Assembly (NCBI RefSeq): GCF_018977255.1
Contig: NW_024704743.1
Span: forward strand, 41,542,001-41,606,000
DNA length: 64,000 bases
Direction of reading: 5' to 3'
DNA from: Callorhinchus milii
Taxonomy: Eukaryota
Made by a program: the position numbers and the translations under genes. Of the stretch, positions 51,880 through 64,000 are shown piece after piece; within the stretch, counting starts at the first letter, position 1, and the number at the start of each line of letters is the position of its first letter. The notes below the pieces were generated by a model that saw only the letters and a list, made by a program, of their open reading frames with translations, was not told where the DNA came from and made no database searches.

Positions 51880-52422
51880 ACTCATTCTTCTTGCTCAGGC
51901 TTAACTGTTCCAACATCCTCCTCGACGGACTCCACGGCTCCTTCCTACACAAGCTGCAGACCATCCAGAACTCTACAGCTCATGGCTCTCCTGCACCATA
52001 CTCCGCAAGCCTATCACTCCCTCCCTTGCTTGGTTCCACTAACTCTCTATCCCCCCAAGGATTGAATTAAGACCCTCATTCTTGCACTCATATCTCTCTA
52101 AGGCCTCACCATACCTCTGTGACCTCCTGAAACTCTATTGGCCCAGGTGCTCCCTCTAGCCAGCAAACACTGGTTTGTTTCATATCTCCTTTCCAATCCA
52201 CTCCACACAGCTATACACAGCTCAGAGGGAGCTGGAAGCGGGCAAGCTTTCAGACATTCGGCCCCCACTCTCTACAATTTAAGAATTTTGTTTTTGACCA
52301 CTTTTTTCGGCACGTTTCTCCTCCGCCCTCCTTGGCTTTCCTTACTTCCAGCTCGCTCTTAGCAGTGTGAAGCTGTGTGAAGCTCTTTGAGATATCGTCC
52401 CGACGTGTAAGGCTCTATATAA
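51880..52422 (+). mobile_element. Decayed L2 3' fragment
   Basis: RLNCSNILLDGL..SFLHKLQTIQNS; tail gatatcgtcccgacgtgtaaggctctatataa. Confidence 0.75.
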
Positions 52423-53234
52423 CCTATCTCTTAAGGGATATGTCTTTAATACACGGTTTATTGCTACAGACCTACAAAATTTTATAAGCCTGCCATTTTC
52501 ACATTGAGGACCATGCTTGCTGCATTATTTCGATCATTTCTCTGTCAGTTGTTGTTATTGCAAAATAGGAGAAAAAAAGATTTTGCTTTAAACTTTAACA
52601 ACAAGAACAACAAATTACATCTCTATAGCGCCTTTCACGTAAAGCGCTGGACAATCAGGGATCCGCACTTTAATGAAACTTTAATGAAACATTAACTTTT
52701 AATGAGCAATGCCCTTGCCCTCAAAAAAAATTCATCTTCCTCCTGAAGTAAGAAAGAAGCTACTTGCGCTCACAAATTGTGAAAGATTTGTGTATACAGC
52801 TATGGAGAACACATAATAGGCAAAATGGTTGATATGACAACAAGAGAACGGATATTTTTTTGCCACAAGCTGTGCAAATCCGTTTGGGTATGCTCATGGA
52901 AAAATGTGGCACTTTGATGGGGGCTGGAATGATGCCCAGTGAAAGAAGCATGGCAACATGTGACAGGTCGTGTCATTCCTGTTGTTAGACCCGGTAGGAA
53001 GTCCGGAAGAAAGAGCACAATTTAAAAAAAGAATTAAACCTATCGCTGCAAAACAGGACCAATGAACTTAAAAGCACTTCAGGGAAATGTGAAGTTGTAA
53101 ATTATATTTTGTACTGAAAGAGAAATGATCGCAATAATGCAGCAAGCATGGTCCTCAATGTGAAAATGGCAGGCTTATAAAGATCTGTAGCAATAAACAG
53201 TGTATTAAAGACATATCCCTTAAGAGATAGGTTA
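52420..53234. repeat. Long inverted repeat; arms 52420-52549 and 53113-53234
   Basis: taacctatctcttaagggatatgtctttaatacac...gatcatttctct pairs with agagaaatgatc...gtgtattaaagacatatcccttaagagataggtta. Confidence 0.95.
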
Positions 53235-55979
53235 ATAAGGGAGAAAAAAGAAGACATGGCAGGTGTAGTAAATAGAAAAGATCAGTTTTTCTCAATGAAG
53301 CATTTGCTTGTGTTACAGATCAAATTTTTGTTTAGGTCGTGAATCTTTATCAAAAGTACATATCATCAGAGCATATGATGTAAAAAGAAACAAAAAAACT
53401 GAATACTTATAAAGTTCCTTGCATTTCATACAGCGCCATAAACATCAAAACACAGTGCTTCATAGGTAATTGTTGTAAAGAGAAGTGACTGTGTATTTGT
53501 AGGCAAACAAAGCACTCTGGCCAAACAAAATACATCTGAGGATCTGAAGAGGAATGCAAGAGGAATAAGCAAGGCCCTGGATAAACAATTCTTTCCCCTT
53601 GTCATATAGGGCACAGGACCATGATCTTGTGTCCTCTGGTTTACTTCATATACAAAGTAATGGTCCTATAATAATCTCCAATTGTCGTCAATGTTCACAC
53701 ATTCTCTGTACTCTACAATTTTTTCCCCCTGTAAATTTCTCTCTGGATGTATACAAGTACACTTGTACAAACCAGAAAAATTGCAGAAGCTTATTATATA
53801 TGCAATATATGTATGATATTCTGTGTGTTCATCAATGTACAGAAACAATGATTTAAGGTTAAAATGTATCAGTTAGTGTTTCTCTTAGTGTTTCTCTTTG
53901 AGTCATTTAAATGATGTTTTAACAGCAGTCTCTGCAAGAGATTTGGAGAACACACCTCATGGTCCAAATTCTTGAAATAGTTTTTCTGAAAGTGACAAGG
54001 GAATTTGAAGCTAAATCAGTGAAAATTTTGAAATAGGAATGTTAACACTGATCAATTCTGGCATGTGGATGTCTCTGGAAGGTCAGAATTAAACGTCAAA
54101 AGAGAAGTCAATGAAACTCCAAAATTGCCCACAACAAGGTCCTTATTGGCTTCAGGCATCTGAGAGGATTAACACTGATTCACAATTAAAACATACGGTA
54201 AAAGCCAGAAAATTAAGGAATAAGGAAGAAAACGGTCATTCTGCAGCACAAGAGAAGCCGGCGATCGTATCTGGAATGACTTGTTTGGAGGAGGGAGTCG
54301 TGGAAATTCAGATTTATGGTTTTGGAACACGTCAGCTGGTGAAACAGGAGGCACAGAAGGAATAACCATAAAAGTCAATCCAGTCAGACTGACTTAAAAG
54401 GACTCAGCTGCACATACACAGGAAGCACAAGATTTGAAAAGGAGAAGAAAGCTGCACTAATCCTTTTTAAACAATTACATTGTCTGATATGTTTTTATTA
54501 ACATGGGCAAAATGATCGATCATTTGCCCAAGTAGGTATTTAGGCCAAGGATGGGAATAGATCTTACCTCATCCAAGTCAGGAATTATATAGAATTACAG
54601 TGTTACAGAATGGAAAGAGATTATTCAGCCCAACTAGATCATACTCATTCTATTTTAGCAGAGGAACTCTAAGAATTGTACCCGAGCATTCTGGAGGAGA
54701 GTAAAATGATCATTTTGTAGGAGAGTAATCAAAACGTAAATTGCCAAAACTCATTCTTTTTATGGACTGAAAGATTGACTGACTGCTATGGTAGGCTTAT
54801 ACAATGAATGTTTTTTTCTTTTTATTCTGCCTCCTCCCCCATTTTCAATTGATCAACTTGGGCAACATAACTACAGGGATGATCTGATGATCTACATTAA
54901 TCTAATTTGCAATATTAATAATAAACCCTATTGCCATTTCCCCAAAGCAGACTATTTACGAAACCAAAATGCTGGAGAGCAAATTGGACTGATAGAGATT
55001 TATGGTCTCATCCCAGACTTTAGCACCTTTTGGAAATCGCAATTTTTTTTTTGTAAGTATTGTAAATTACATACCAATCGGAAGGTTGAATTAGCACTTC
55101 CCTCCCTGTTGCAAATGTCGCAACTTAGACCCTATTGCTTTTCCCTCAAATTTTAAGAAAAATAACATAAGGTCTTGAACAGTCTTAAACCTAATTATGT
55201 TTAATATGTATTACAATATGGAAATGTTGGAAAGATGGATTACAGATTAATCTTAATGGGAAATGTGGCCTAGTTCTCTGAAGTGTGGCACACAAAGCAG
55301 TATGGAGTCCATACCGTGCACCAATAGAGATGAAGCAATCAAGTCCAAATGCACCAGCACAAATAACAGAATTCAACATTGTTACTTCAAGCACCAGAGC
55401 TAATTGGAGCAGTTACTACATACAGAATATCTACTACCTGCTCCATTACATGCCCCAAGTAACGGGTGTTTGAAGTAACAAATCTGAATACCCCTGTGAA
55501 AGTAAAATAGATTCCAGGTGATGTTAAGTTACTCTATGAGATGCATGTAATAAACTGAACCAATAAAGGCTGCAAAAACTGAACATTGAGATCTCTCCCT
55601 ATAGATCAAGTGCAGCTCTACTTGTAATGGAAAAAGTCAACGCTGAAGTAAAATTGTAAACAAAAGTGACAAGTGCACGATTCTATGTACTAAGAAGATA
55701 AAATTGATCCCTATTAAACTATCAGATAGCATCTGAGCTCGGTCTCGATCTAAATCTTCAAACAGCATGAACAACGAAATAGATGTTACATTGAAAACTC
55801 GATTGCTTCTGACATTCTTCCCCAATTTACATGCTCTTATAATACATCAATTGCCACAAGTGTTTATAAATTGGCTCCATGATCAGTGACAAAGCTAAGC
55901 ATAGACTTGCATGAGCAAAGTAAGTGTATTAACGGATATGGGGACAAAGGTAAGGAAATTGAATTGAATGATTTACCAT

Positions 55980-56180
55980 AGGAACATAGGAAATGCTGAA
56001 TGAAGAAAGACCAAAGTCCATCCAGTTCACATTCCACCATCCTGACAGTTGCATGCACATGTCATTTCCTGAACTATTTATATAATATAACCCAAAACCT
56101 AAAAGAAATCTACCTAATTTGCATTTGAAAGAATCAACACTTTCTGCTTCCACTGTTTCCTTGGGAACCCATTCCATAGA
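55980..56180 (-). mobile_element. CR1 3' end
   Basis: WVPKETVEAESVDSFKCKLGRFL plus 3' UTR. Confidence 0.82.
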
Positions 56181-56440
56181 TTTACAGTAGAATTGCTATG
56201 ATCTGATAAAGTGTCAGAACTAGCTCAATACACTCAATGGCCTTCTCCAGTTTCTATGTTACTATTGGATGAAAAACAGAATATTTCAGCGAAATTGTCA
56301 CTGGTTACAATTATCCCATTGAAGGACTCTCCAGTCTTGGCAATGCTCCATCAACAACAGCCAAGTGAACAACCTATCTAAATTTGTGAAAATGGTTGGT
56401 CTCAAATCTGCATGAAAAGAAAACTTTAAAGAAATCGTAG

Positions 56441-56912
56441 AATCCTTGCATTTGATATAGCACCTTATCACATTGTCGAGATAATAATAATAATAATAAT
56501 CCTTGCATTTGATATAGCGTTTTTCACGTCGGGAGGACGTCCCAAAGCGCTTCACAGAACACACTGTAAAGTGAATTGACTGTATATTTGTGGGCGAACG
56601 CGGCAGCCAATTGCGCACAGCAATGTTCCACAAACAGTGAGTGACAATTTTACTTGGAGGATTTGTGGGCCAGAACACCAGGAGAAATTCTCTTCTCTTT
56701 TTGGATAGTGCCAAGGGATTCTTAATGTCACCTGACAGGCAGACAGGCCTCAGTTTAACGTCTTATCTGAAAAATGGCATTTCTGACAATGCAGCATCCA
56801 TCCCCAGCACTGGATTGGAGTTCCAGCATAGTCTAAGTGGTCCCAAAGTGGCCCTTGCTCACACAACCTTCTGCCTCAGAGGTGAAAATGGTAACAACTG
56901 AGCCAGGCTGAT
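56441..56912 (-). mobile_element. Deu-domain SINE with young L2-type tail and a second tandem tail
   Basis: Deu core at 56740-56830, shared tail at 56482-56640, extra tail at 56441-56480. Confidence 0.82.
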
Positions 56913-59446
56913 ACTTCAATCCAGTAATTTATTTTTATCTTTTGCATAATATTCTGACAATACCTCTCCTAATGCAGGAGTTAGATTGGGGTTTATTTTG
57001 ATTCTGTTTCTCTAAGCTTTCTTGTGATAGAGAAAATAAGGATTATTATTGGTTTTCCACTGAAGATAAAATTCACAAGCTGAATCACATAGATCGAATA
57101 AGAATAGGCAAGGATTGCTATACTTATTTAAATGTGCTCAAAAAATTATTGAAATTGATTGAGAATGATTAAGTACAATTATTCCACTTCAGTAAAAGTC
57201 ACCTAAGAACAATTTTCCTGAGAATGTGTTATTCCTGTGCATACATGTCAGAGTATAGAAGGGAAAAGGTGATAGCAATCTCATGAAATTAATTACAGTT
57301 TAGAAAACTGAGGGAAAATCTTATTGGTTTCTGAAAGAACCTGACTGCAAATTATAAGAAATTGAATACTTGAGTCTCATTTACTGCAACAAAGAGAAGT
57401 GAAAAAAAGCACTTTCCACAGGAAAAAATGTCGTAAAGTATCGTAGTTACTGCATATTGATGTGAATGTGTCATTTGATTGCTTTCATATGATACTATAT
57501 CTCATTATACTCAGTGCCAATGCAACATACATAATCCAATTTTAATAAACTGATTTTTTTATAGTTGCAATATTCGTTCAAAGTACAGATTAATTGTACA
57601 GATGAACAAGGTGCCAACTGCAACTCATTTGGTTTATTGAGTTCAAGTTAGTGCAAAAAGAGCATAAATTTAGTTTCCCAGTTTTCTGATCGAGGATTGG
57701 ATGTTATGCTTTGATTTTTGGTTAGGTCTTATTTTCTTATTTTCCAATATTTTCAGAATTCCTTATTTCCTGACTTTTCCGAACCCTATATTCCATTTTA
57801 TTTATTTTTTACTTTCTCGGTTTACGCTTCCTTGAATAAGTTTTAGGGAAAAGAAAAGACTGTTAGTTGGATATTAAAGCTGAATTTGAAGATAAGTTTC
57901 AAATCAAATAATAAAGGACAGAACAGTGTACTTGCTGAAATATACCAGTCACCTTATGAAAGATGTATAGAGAATACAGATTTTAAAATTTTTTTTACCA
58001 CAAACGGGCCATGCCATAGTGCTGCAAAGGTATGTGACACAATGAGACACAGACAGATAAGAGCTGCATGGAAATTAGAGGGTCCTGTTGCAAAGCAATC
58101 GATTTAAACCTTGACGTCCTGAAAATCGACCGATTTAAAATTAATAACCGGGTTCAAAAATGTAGCAGAATTTTTTTTAAGTCTGTGGTTTAGGGAGTCA
58201 GCCACCAAGTGATTTTCTGTAAACTTTTATATTGTGTTTAGAAAACATGTTGATTTAAAGATGAAAATAGTTTAGATGGTTTAAATTATTATTTCCTGTC
58301 TGTTCCCTGAATGTGTACAGATGTCGTGACCTCGATATGGGCAATTGTTGAGGGGTTGAGATCAATAAGAACTTCAAATGAATTGGCCAGCATTGATGGA
58401 AAAATAATATAAATGTTCTAATTTTCCACTTTTTGAGTACAATTTTTAAAAGGAATATAGATTGCATCTTAGGAGCAAACACAAGTGTTTCTTAACCCAA
58501 TACATGCCAGTGCTACTATAACGTGGTGATTTAGGTCAATAAACTCAGAACCTGCGTTTTAATAGCTCACCTTGTAAAACTGGCTTTCCGGCCCGTCAGT
58601 TTGCTGCTGATGCCTTCCCTCGCACTTTGCATGCATGTACAATGACAACAACAACTTGCATTTATATAGCACCCTTCACAAGGGGTAGCATCCCAGAGTG
58701 CATGTAGTGTGCAGGAACTACGCAACTGCGTTTGGGAGCATTTCCAGAAGTTGCTAGGACACCGCTAGGCACGAAAAGTCATACAGGCACAAGGATGCAG
58801 GGTCCATGGTGTACCTGCAATTGCAGTGTTTCTGACCCTACTGAGGCGTGTTAAACCAAGGTCAGCCTGTAGGTTGCAAAATAACTTTGGTGATTGGGGA
58901 GGCATAAACCACTGAACATTAACTACAGGCTTACACACCACATGGGTTGTGTGAAGCAAGTTGCCACATTTCAGTCTCAAACAAATCTATCAGACTCCTG
59001 CTGGACACTGTTCCGCAGACTTTCCCAGACATTCTTTCCAGACTTCTGGTGAAACTCCGAGCAAAACTCCACAAGCGAGTATTTATATAGGATTCAAAAA
59101 ATGTGATATGACATGAGATAATTATCCCGGGTGTTCAATATTAAATTAGTAGCATCTCATCAATTACTCACTCTTGTAACTGAACACTCCTCTCCTGACT
59201 TTGTTCAAATACTGTCACCCAAAGTCAGTTGCTGCAACCTTTGAGCCAGTCAACATTGTCTTTGAACTGGCCTCTGGAAGCATTTCAGTCCCAATTTGGG
59301 AAATACCATCTTATAATAATAGTATATAATAATCCTTCCATTTTATATAGTGCTTTATCACATTGTTAGACATCTCAAAGTGCTTCACAAGATATGCCAA
59401 GTTGAGTGACTGTGTATTTTGTGGGCAAAAAGCAGCAGCCAATTCT

Positions 59447-60498
59447 AATGGTTGAATGGTTCAGGACTTATCTCTCACACCATCTCCAATTTGTTTCCAC
59501 CACCGGTTTCTCTTCCAGCCTCCGCACAGTCTCGTGCAATGTTCCTCAGGGCTCTTTCCTCGGTTCCCTCCTCTTCAACCTCTACATGCTCCTCGTTGGT
59601 GACATCATCCGTAGACATGGAATCAACTTCCACATGTACGCGGATGACACTCAACTCTATCTCTCTGCCTCCATCTTCGATTCCAGGAAAACTGATGCCC
59701 TGACAGAGTGTCTGTCTGACATCAAGTCCTGGATGAGAGCCAACTTTCTAGGGCTGAATGTCGCCAAACCAAGGTCATCCTGATGTGGTCGCACCAGTGC
59801 CTCAGCACCTCAGCCATCGGCAGCATCAGCGTCCACGGTTGCACACGCCACCTCACCAAGCCAGTCAGGAAACTGGTCATCTTGTTTGACCCTCAACTGT
59901 CCTTTCTACCCAATATCCGTGCCATAACCCGCTCTAATACTGCTCGACTCTGCCACTGCCTCACCCCTCCACCCGCCGAAACCCTCATACAAGCACTCGT
60001 CACCTCAAGGTTCGACTACAGAAACTCCCTCCTTGTTGGCCTCCCCAACTCTTCCCTCAACAAGATGCAGATCATCCAGAACTCTGCAGCTCATGTCCTC
60101 TCCTGCACCAGGCTTTGTGACAACATTACCCTCACCTGGCTCCACTGGCTCCCCATCCCTCAGAAGATAGAATTCAAAATCCTCGCCCTCACTTTCAAGG
60201 CCATCCATGGCCTTGCCCCCTCCGACATCTCTGACCTGCTGACCCTCTATCAACCTGTCCTCGCCACCAGAGAGGTGGGAGAGCGACTGAAGGTACGATC
60301 AAAGAGGAGGGTCTTGAGCCTTGAAGGAGGCAAGGGAGGAAGCGAAGCGACTGTGGGATGGAGTTCCAGACTGTGGGGGCAGATAGGCTGAAATGTCGCA
60401 AAACCAAGGCTATCCTGATTGGCTCGCGCCAGCGCCTCAGCACCTCAGGTACTGGTAGCATCAGCATCCATGGTTGCACACTCCACCTCAACAAGCCA
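59447..60498 (+). mobile_element. L2 RT fragment with internal inversion (about 60268-60392) and duplicated segment (about 60386-60498)
   Basis: VPQGSFLGSLLF, HMYADDTQLY, LHWLPIPQKIEFKIL, then antisense 3' UTR, then a repeat of 59752-59863. Confidence 0.92.
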
Positions 60499-61669
60499 CA
60501 CATATATATTCTGTAAAGCACTTTGAGATGTTTCGACGACATGATAAGGCGCTATTTCAAATACCAGGATTATTATTATGATTATAATCTTGCAAAATGT
60601 GAAAATGACACAGTTTTCATTTGGAAACTAAGAAATTGATTGTTTTTGTTTATCATACTGACCTTTAAATTGTAACGTCTCCTGCAATGCTAATAGGCAA
60701 AGTGTATTCAGTACAATTTGTGAACTGTATTCCTTCAGCAATTTATTTTGTTTAAAATGTCAGTTTTCTGTCTTTTACTCTGTTTATAATAATGTTATTT
60801 TATCTAATCTCTAGTGCTGCCACTTTGTGTGTCTAGTATCTCTCTAGGCCTGTGTTTTATCAGGCAGCTTTAATGTATTTAATATTCTTCAGCTAAACCT
60901 GACCCTTTCTAATAATTAGCTTTTTATCATATCCATACGTTTAGGTATTTGTTTGATTAACCATTATTTGAAGCAGTTGTATTAAGTTAATATATCAACT
61001 ATAATTACTTGCAAATTCATGGGCAAATCATATTTCTATCAAATCACAAATCTTGTTCCTATTCAATTATCTCAGTGGAAAAAGCCTGTTTTCTTGAATC
61101 AAGCTGACTTTGAAGGACAGTGAATGTCTGCATGTCTCATCTTATTTCATCAGCTTTTATCTTATGGCTAGTCTGCCACCACAATGCCTCTTATTATGCA
61201 TCTAAGATTTCTTCGGGCCATTTGGGGTTTCTTGTTCAATGTTTTGCATTACTAATTTGTCAATGTTTTGTATCCTAATGCACATTTTGTGGCATTTTAT
61301 TGTGATTTTGGTGCAAGATGCATGACCTAATATATGGTGTAAAACAAGGCGAATTACTACACATTATGCTAAAACTCTGTTCCTTTCACTGACCTGACTG
61401 AGATGGTTTCTGGTGGACTGTGTCTCCCTCCCAACTGAGTCATTAAAATTTCTTGGGTGGTCTGATAGATGGTTTTATAATAATATTAAAGAGCTGATCA
61501 TGTGAGCAGCTCTTTAACAACATTACAAAGATTAAAACCCGACAGCTCAGAAATTGAGCTTTAGCTGCTTAGCAGCTCAATGTGATATGGAGCACAACGT
61601 ACAAATTAGGCCTCCTGGTCTCCAGCCACTGACTACTGGGAGCATTTTCACTTTGTTCTCAGCAATATA

Positions 61670-62078
61670 AACAATGCATTACTATAAACACTGTGGAGGG
61701 ATCCAGAATAAGGTGCATCATTTTAAAATAAGATCTAGGCCATTTACAACAACAACAATAAAATTACCTTTGTAAAGCGCCTTTCACATCGGGAGGACCT
61801 CCCAAGGCGCTGAAATGAGGAGTTTAGGAGTGAAGTTAGGAGTGAAATCAGGAGTGAAATCAAAAGGCAGTCTTTCACTCAAAGGGTAGTGGTAATCTGG
61901 AACTCTCTCCCCCAAAAGGCTGTGGATGGTAGATCCATTCACACATTCAAGACTGAGAGGGATAGATATTTGTTGGGTCAGAGCGTCAAGGGATGTGGGG
62001 CAGCAAGGGTGTGTAATTGGAGTGGAGGTGCAGATCAGCCATGATCCTATAATGGCGGAACAGGCTCGAGGGGCTGAA
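61670..62078 (+). mobile_element. CR1 3' end with nested antisense L2 tail (about 61746-61812) and a 12-bp tandem repeat
   Basis: ttcactcaaagggtagtggtaatctggaactctctcccccaaaaggctgtgga...gatcagccatgatc...gctcgaggggctgaat; aggagtgaa(gtt/atc) repeated three times. Confidence 0.85.
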
Positions 62079-64000
62079 TAATAATAATAATCCTTGCGTT
62101 TGACATAGCACCTTATCACATCTTCGAAATATCTCAAAGTGCTTCACAGAACATACTGCAAAGTGAATTGACTGTATATTTTGTCGACAAAGACCTACTC
62201 CTGTTCCTATGTTTACATTTTCAACTACAAGCATATTATGCCTTTGTTTTGGATGCAAGTTTCCATTTATTTACATTATTTTCCCATCCGGTCTCATGAT
62301 GACACATCAGTATGACTGAGATACTTTGGTTTTATACAATATGAAATACAAAATTACATTTGTAAAGTGCCTTTCACATCGGGAGGACATTTCAAGGCGC
62401 AGGGGACATCCTCCCAACATGGAAGGTGCTTGGAATTCTATGAAAAATAGAAATCTACAACTCAGAAGGAGGCCATTTGCCCATAAAGTCCTGAGTTTAC
62501 AGAACTAGGGGATCAATTCAATCCAATCTATTCCCATACTTCTTCACGCCCCTCTCTTTCAGATTCCTGCTGACGTCCCCCTTGAAAGCCACAATTAACT
62601 CCACCTCCACCACTCAATTCAGCAGGGCGTTCCACAATTAACATTCCTTTCAGTAAACTAATGATATCTTTAGAAAAATAATTTTAGGTATGCCACAGCA
62701 GCAATTAGAAGACAGCACAGGTTAGGGCCATTTTTTAGGACAGAGACACAAGAAGTATTGACACAGAAGGTAATTAACAATTGGTTACCAGGAGGAATGG
62801 ATAAGCCCACAACACTGCATTTATCTAAGAAATAGCTTGAAGTTGTGATCAAAGACAAGGATGACCCCCAGTGATAAAGTAATGTGCTATGATCAACGAT
62901 TAGTCAAATGCATTTAAACCGTTAACAAAAGGACATAGGTTTTGAGTTGTGAGGGGCAATTTTAGGACAGAGATAGAAGGAAAATTAATACTAGAACAAG
63001 TTGCCAGAAGGGGTGGTTGAGGTTAGGATACTGGACTCTTAAAAAAAACAGCTTGATACTGTAATGTAAAGACAATAGGGTCGGTATTCTGGAAGGATGA
63101 GATCAAATGGGCTGAAGGGCTTTCTTCATCCAAATCAAATTGATGATTTTGCAAATGGAAGAAGATAGAGTGGATATTCTGGATAGATGAGATAAAATAA
63201 GACAAGGGGTCTTCTTCACTGTATCTGTACTGTGCTCTCTTTTAGGTGATACTGGTGTTTTTCAGCTTTTGCTCCCAAATCTTCACAACAATAGATTTTG
63301 TATCTCAACCTTTTTTCGAATCAAATTTTTCCTTTTTTTTTAGGAAAAATACTAAGAATTATCCTGGTTAAAACAAGAGATGCTTACATTTTGTTTTGGA
63401 AAAAGAAAAACAATTTGTTATTGGCTCACCTTGTTTTGTGATCCTTCTAAATGATAAATTTCCAGCTCTTGATCAGGTTCAGATAACCTTCATTTAATCT
63501 TTCATATATTTGCTTTAGTTTTCCATTCTGCTCTCGCATTTATATTCTTTTTCTCTAGCAAAGATAAAGGGAGCACACTACATTCTTCTCCAGCACCCAT
63601 TTAATAATAATATTATTATTATATTATTACTATTTTTATTACATTTAAGTGTAAATATAAATAATGACTGCTGTAAGAGAGTTAATTCAGTTTATAGTTT
63701 ATTCTGTGAAATGCATTGAGACATCTCGAAAATGTGATAAGGCGCTATATCAAATGTCATTATTATTATAATTATTATATAAGACTGTAGTAATGTATTG
63801 GACTGTAAAAATGAAATGAACAGAAATATAGGTATATAAAGGACAATGGGATATACATGAATATAAGATGGCATGGGACTATAATGATGTACAGTACTCT
63901 AGGGATATACATGACAATATGACATGTATAAGATCACAAAACACCATTACAAAACACTAACCTTCCATCTGGTCTTATATGTCTTATAGTCATGTCCATC

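Noticed and set aside
52720..53070. Protein-like frame or exon inside the second long inverted repeat
   Set aside because: The best plus frame has about 6 stops in 110 codons (near random). The minus-strand splice-bounded segment has stops in all three frames. No recognisable motif.
54111..54365. 84-aa ORF
   Set aside because: The sequence resembles a decayed CR1 3' end (…cacaagaga…gtatctggaatg…cagctgg).
1..64000. CRISPR array, rRNA or prokaryotic operon
   Set aside because: No regularly spaced repeats, rRNA motifs or dense ORFs; the sequence is a vertebrate retroposon landscape.

Overview
AT-rich vertebrate genomic DNA that is mostly intronic or intergenic. The repeat complement (L2 LINEs with (TTG)n/(ATT)n tails, CR1 fragments, a tRNA-headed SINE, Deu-domain SINEs and a Penelope-type remnant) points to a cartilaginous fish, probably a holocephalan such as Callorhinchus; this is inference from repeat types, not a search result. 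Nearly all ORFs in the supplied track are decayed LINE sequence or chance. I recognise no protein-coding gene by name. Two phase-compatible minus-strand exons (10354-10498, and a terminal exon 8330-8407 followed by AATAAA) suggest the 3' end of an unidentified gene. The most notable unexplained structure is a set of local non-transposon duplications. There are four inverted repeats: 4631-4711; 9989-10795, which brackets the candidate exon; 31046-31141; and 52420-53234. There are also two 25-27 bp direct duplications and one L2 copy rearranged at microhomology junctions. Together these suggest recurrent short-range template switching. Also present are a hammerhead-ribozyme-like core in the Penelope remnant, a lone RTE-like retrotransposon, and SINEs that carry the L2 3' stem-loop. 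Coordinates of decayed repeats are approximate.
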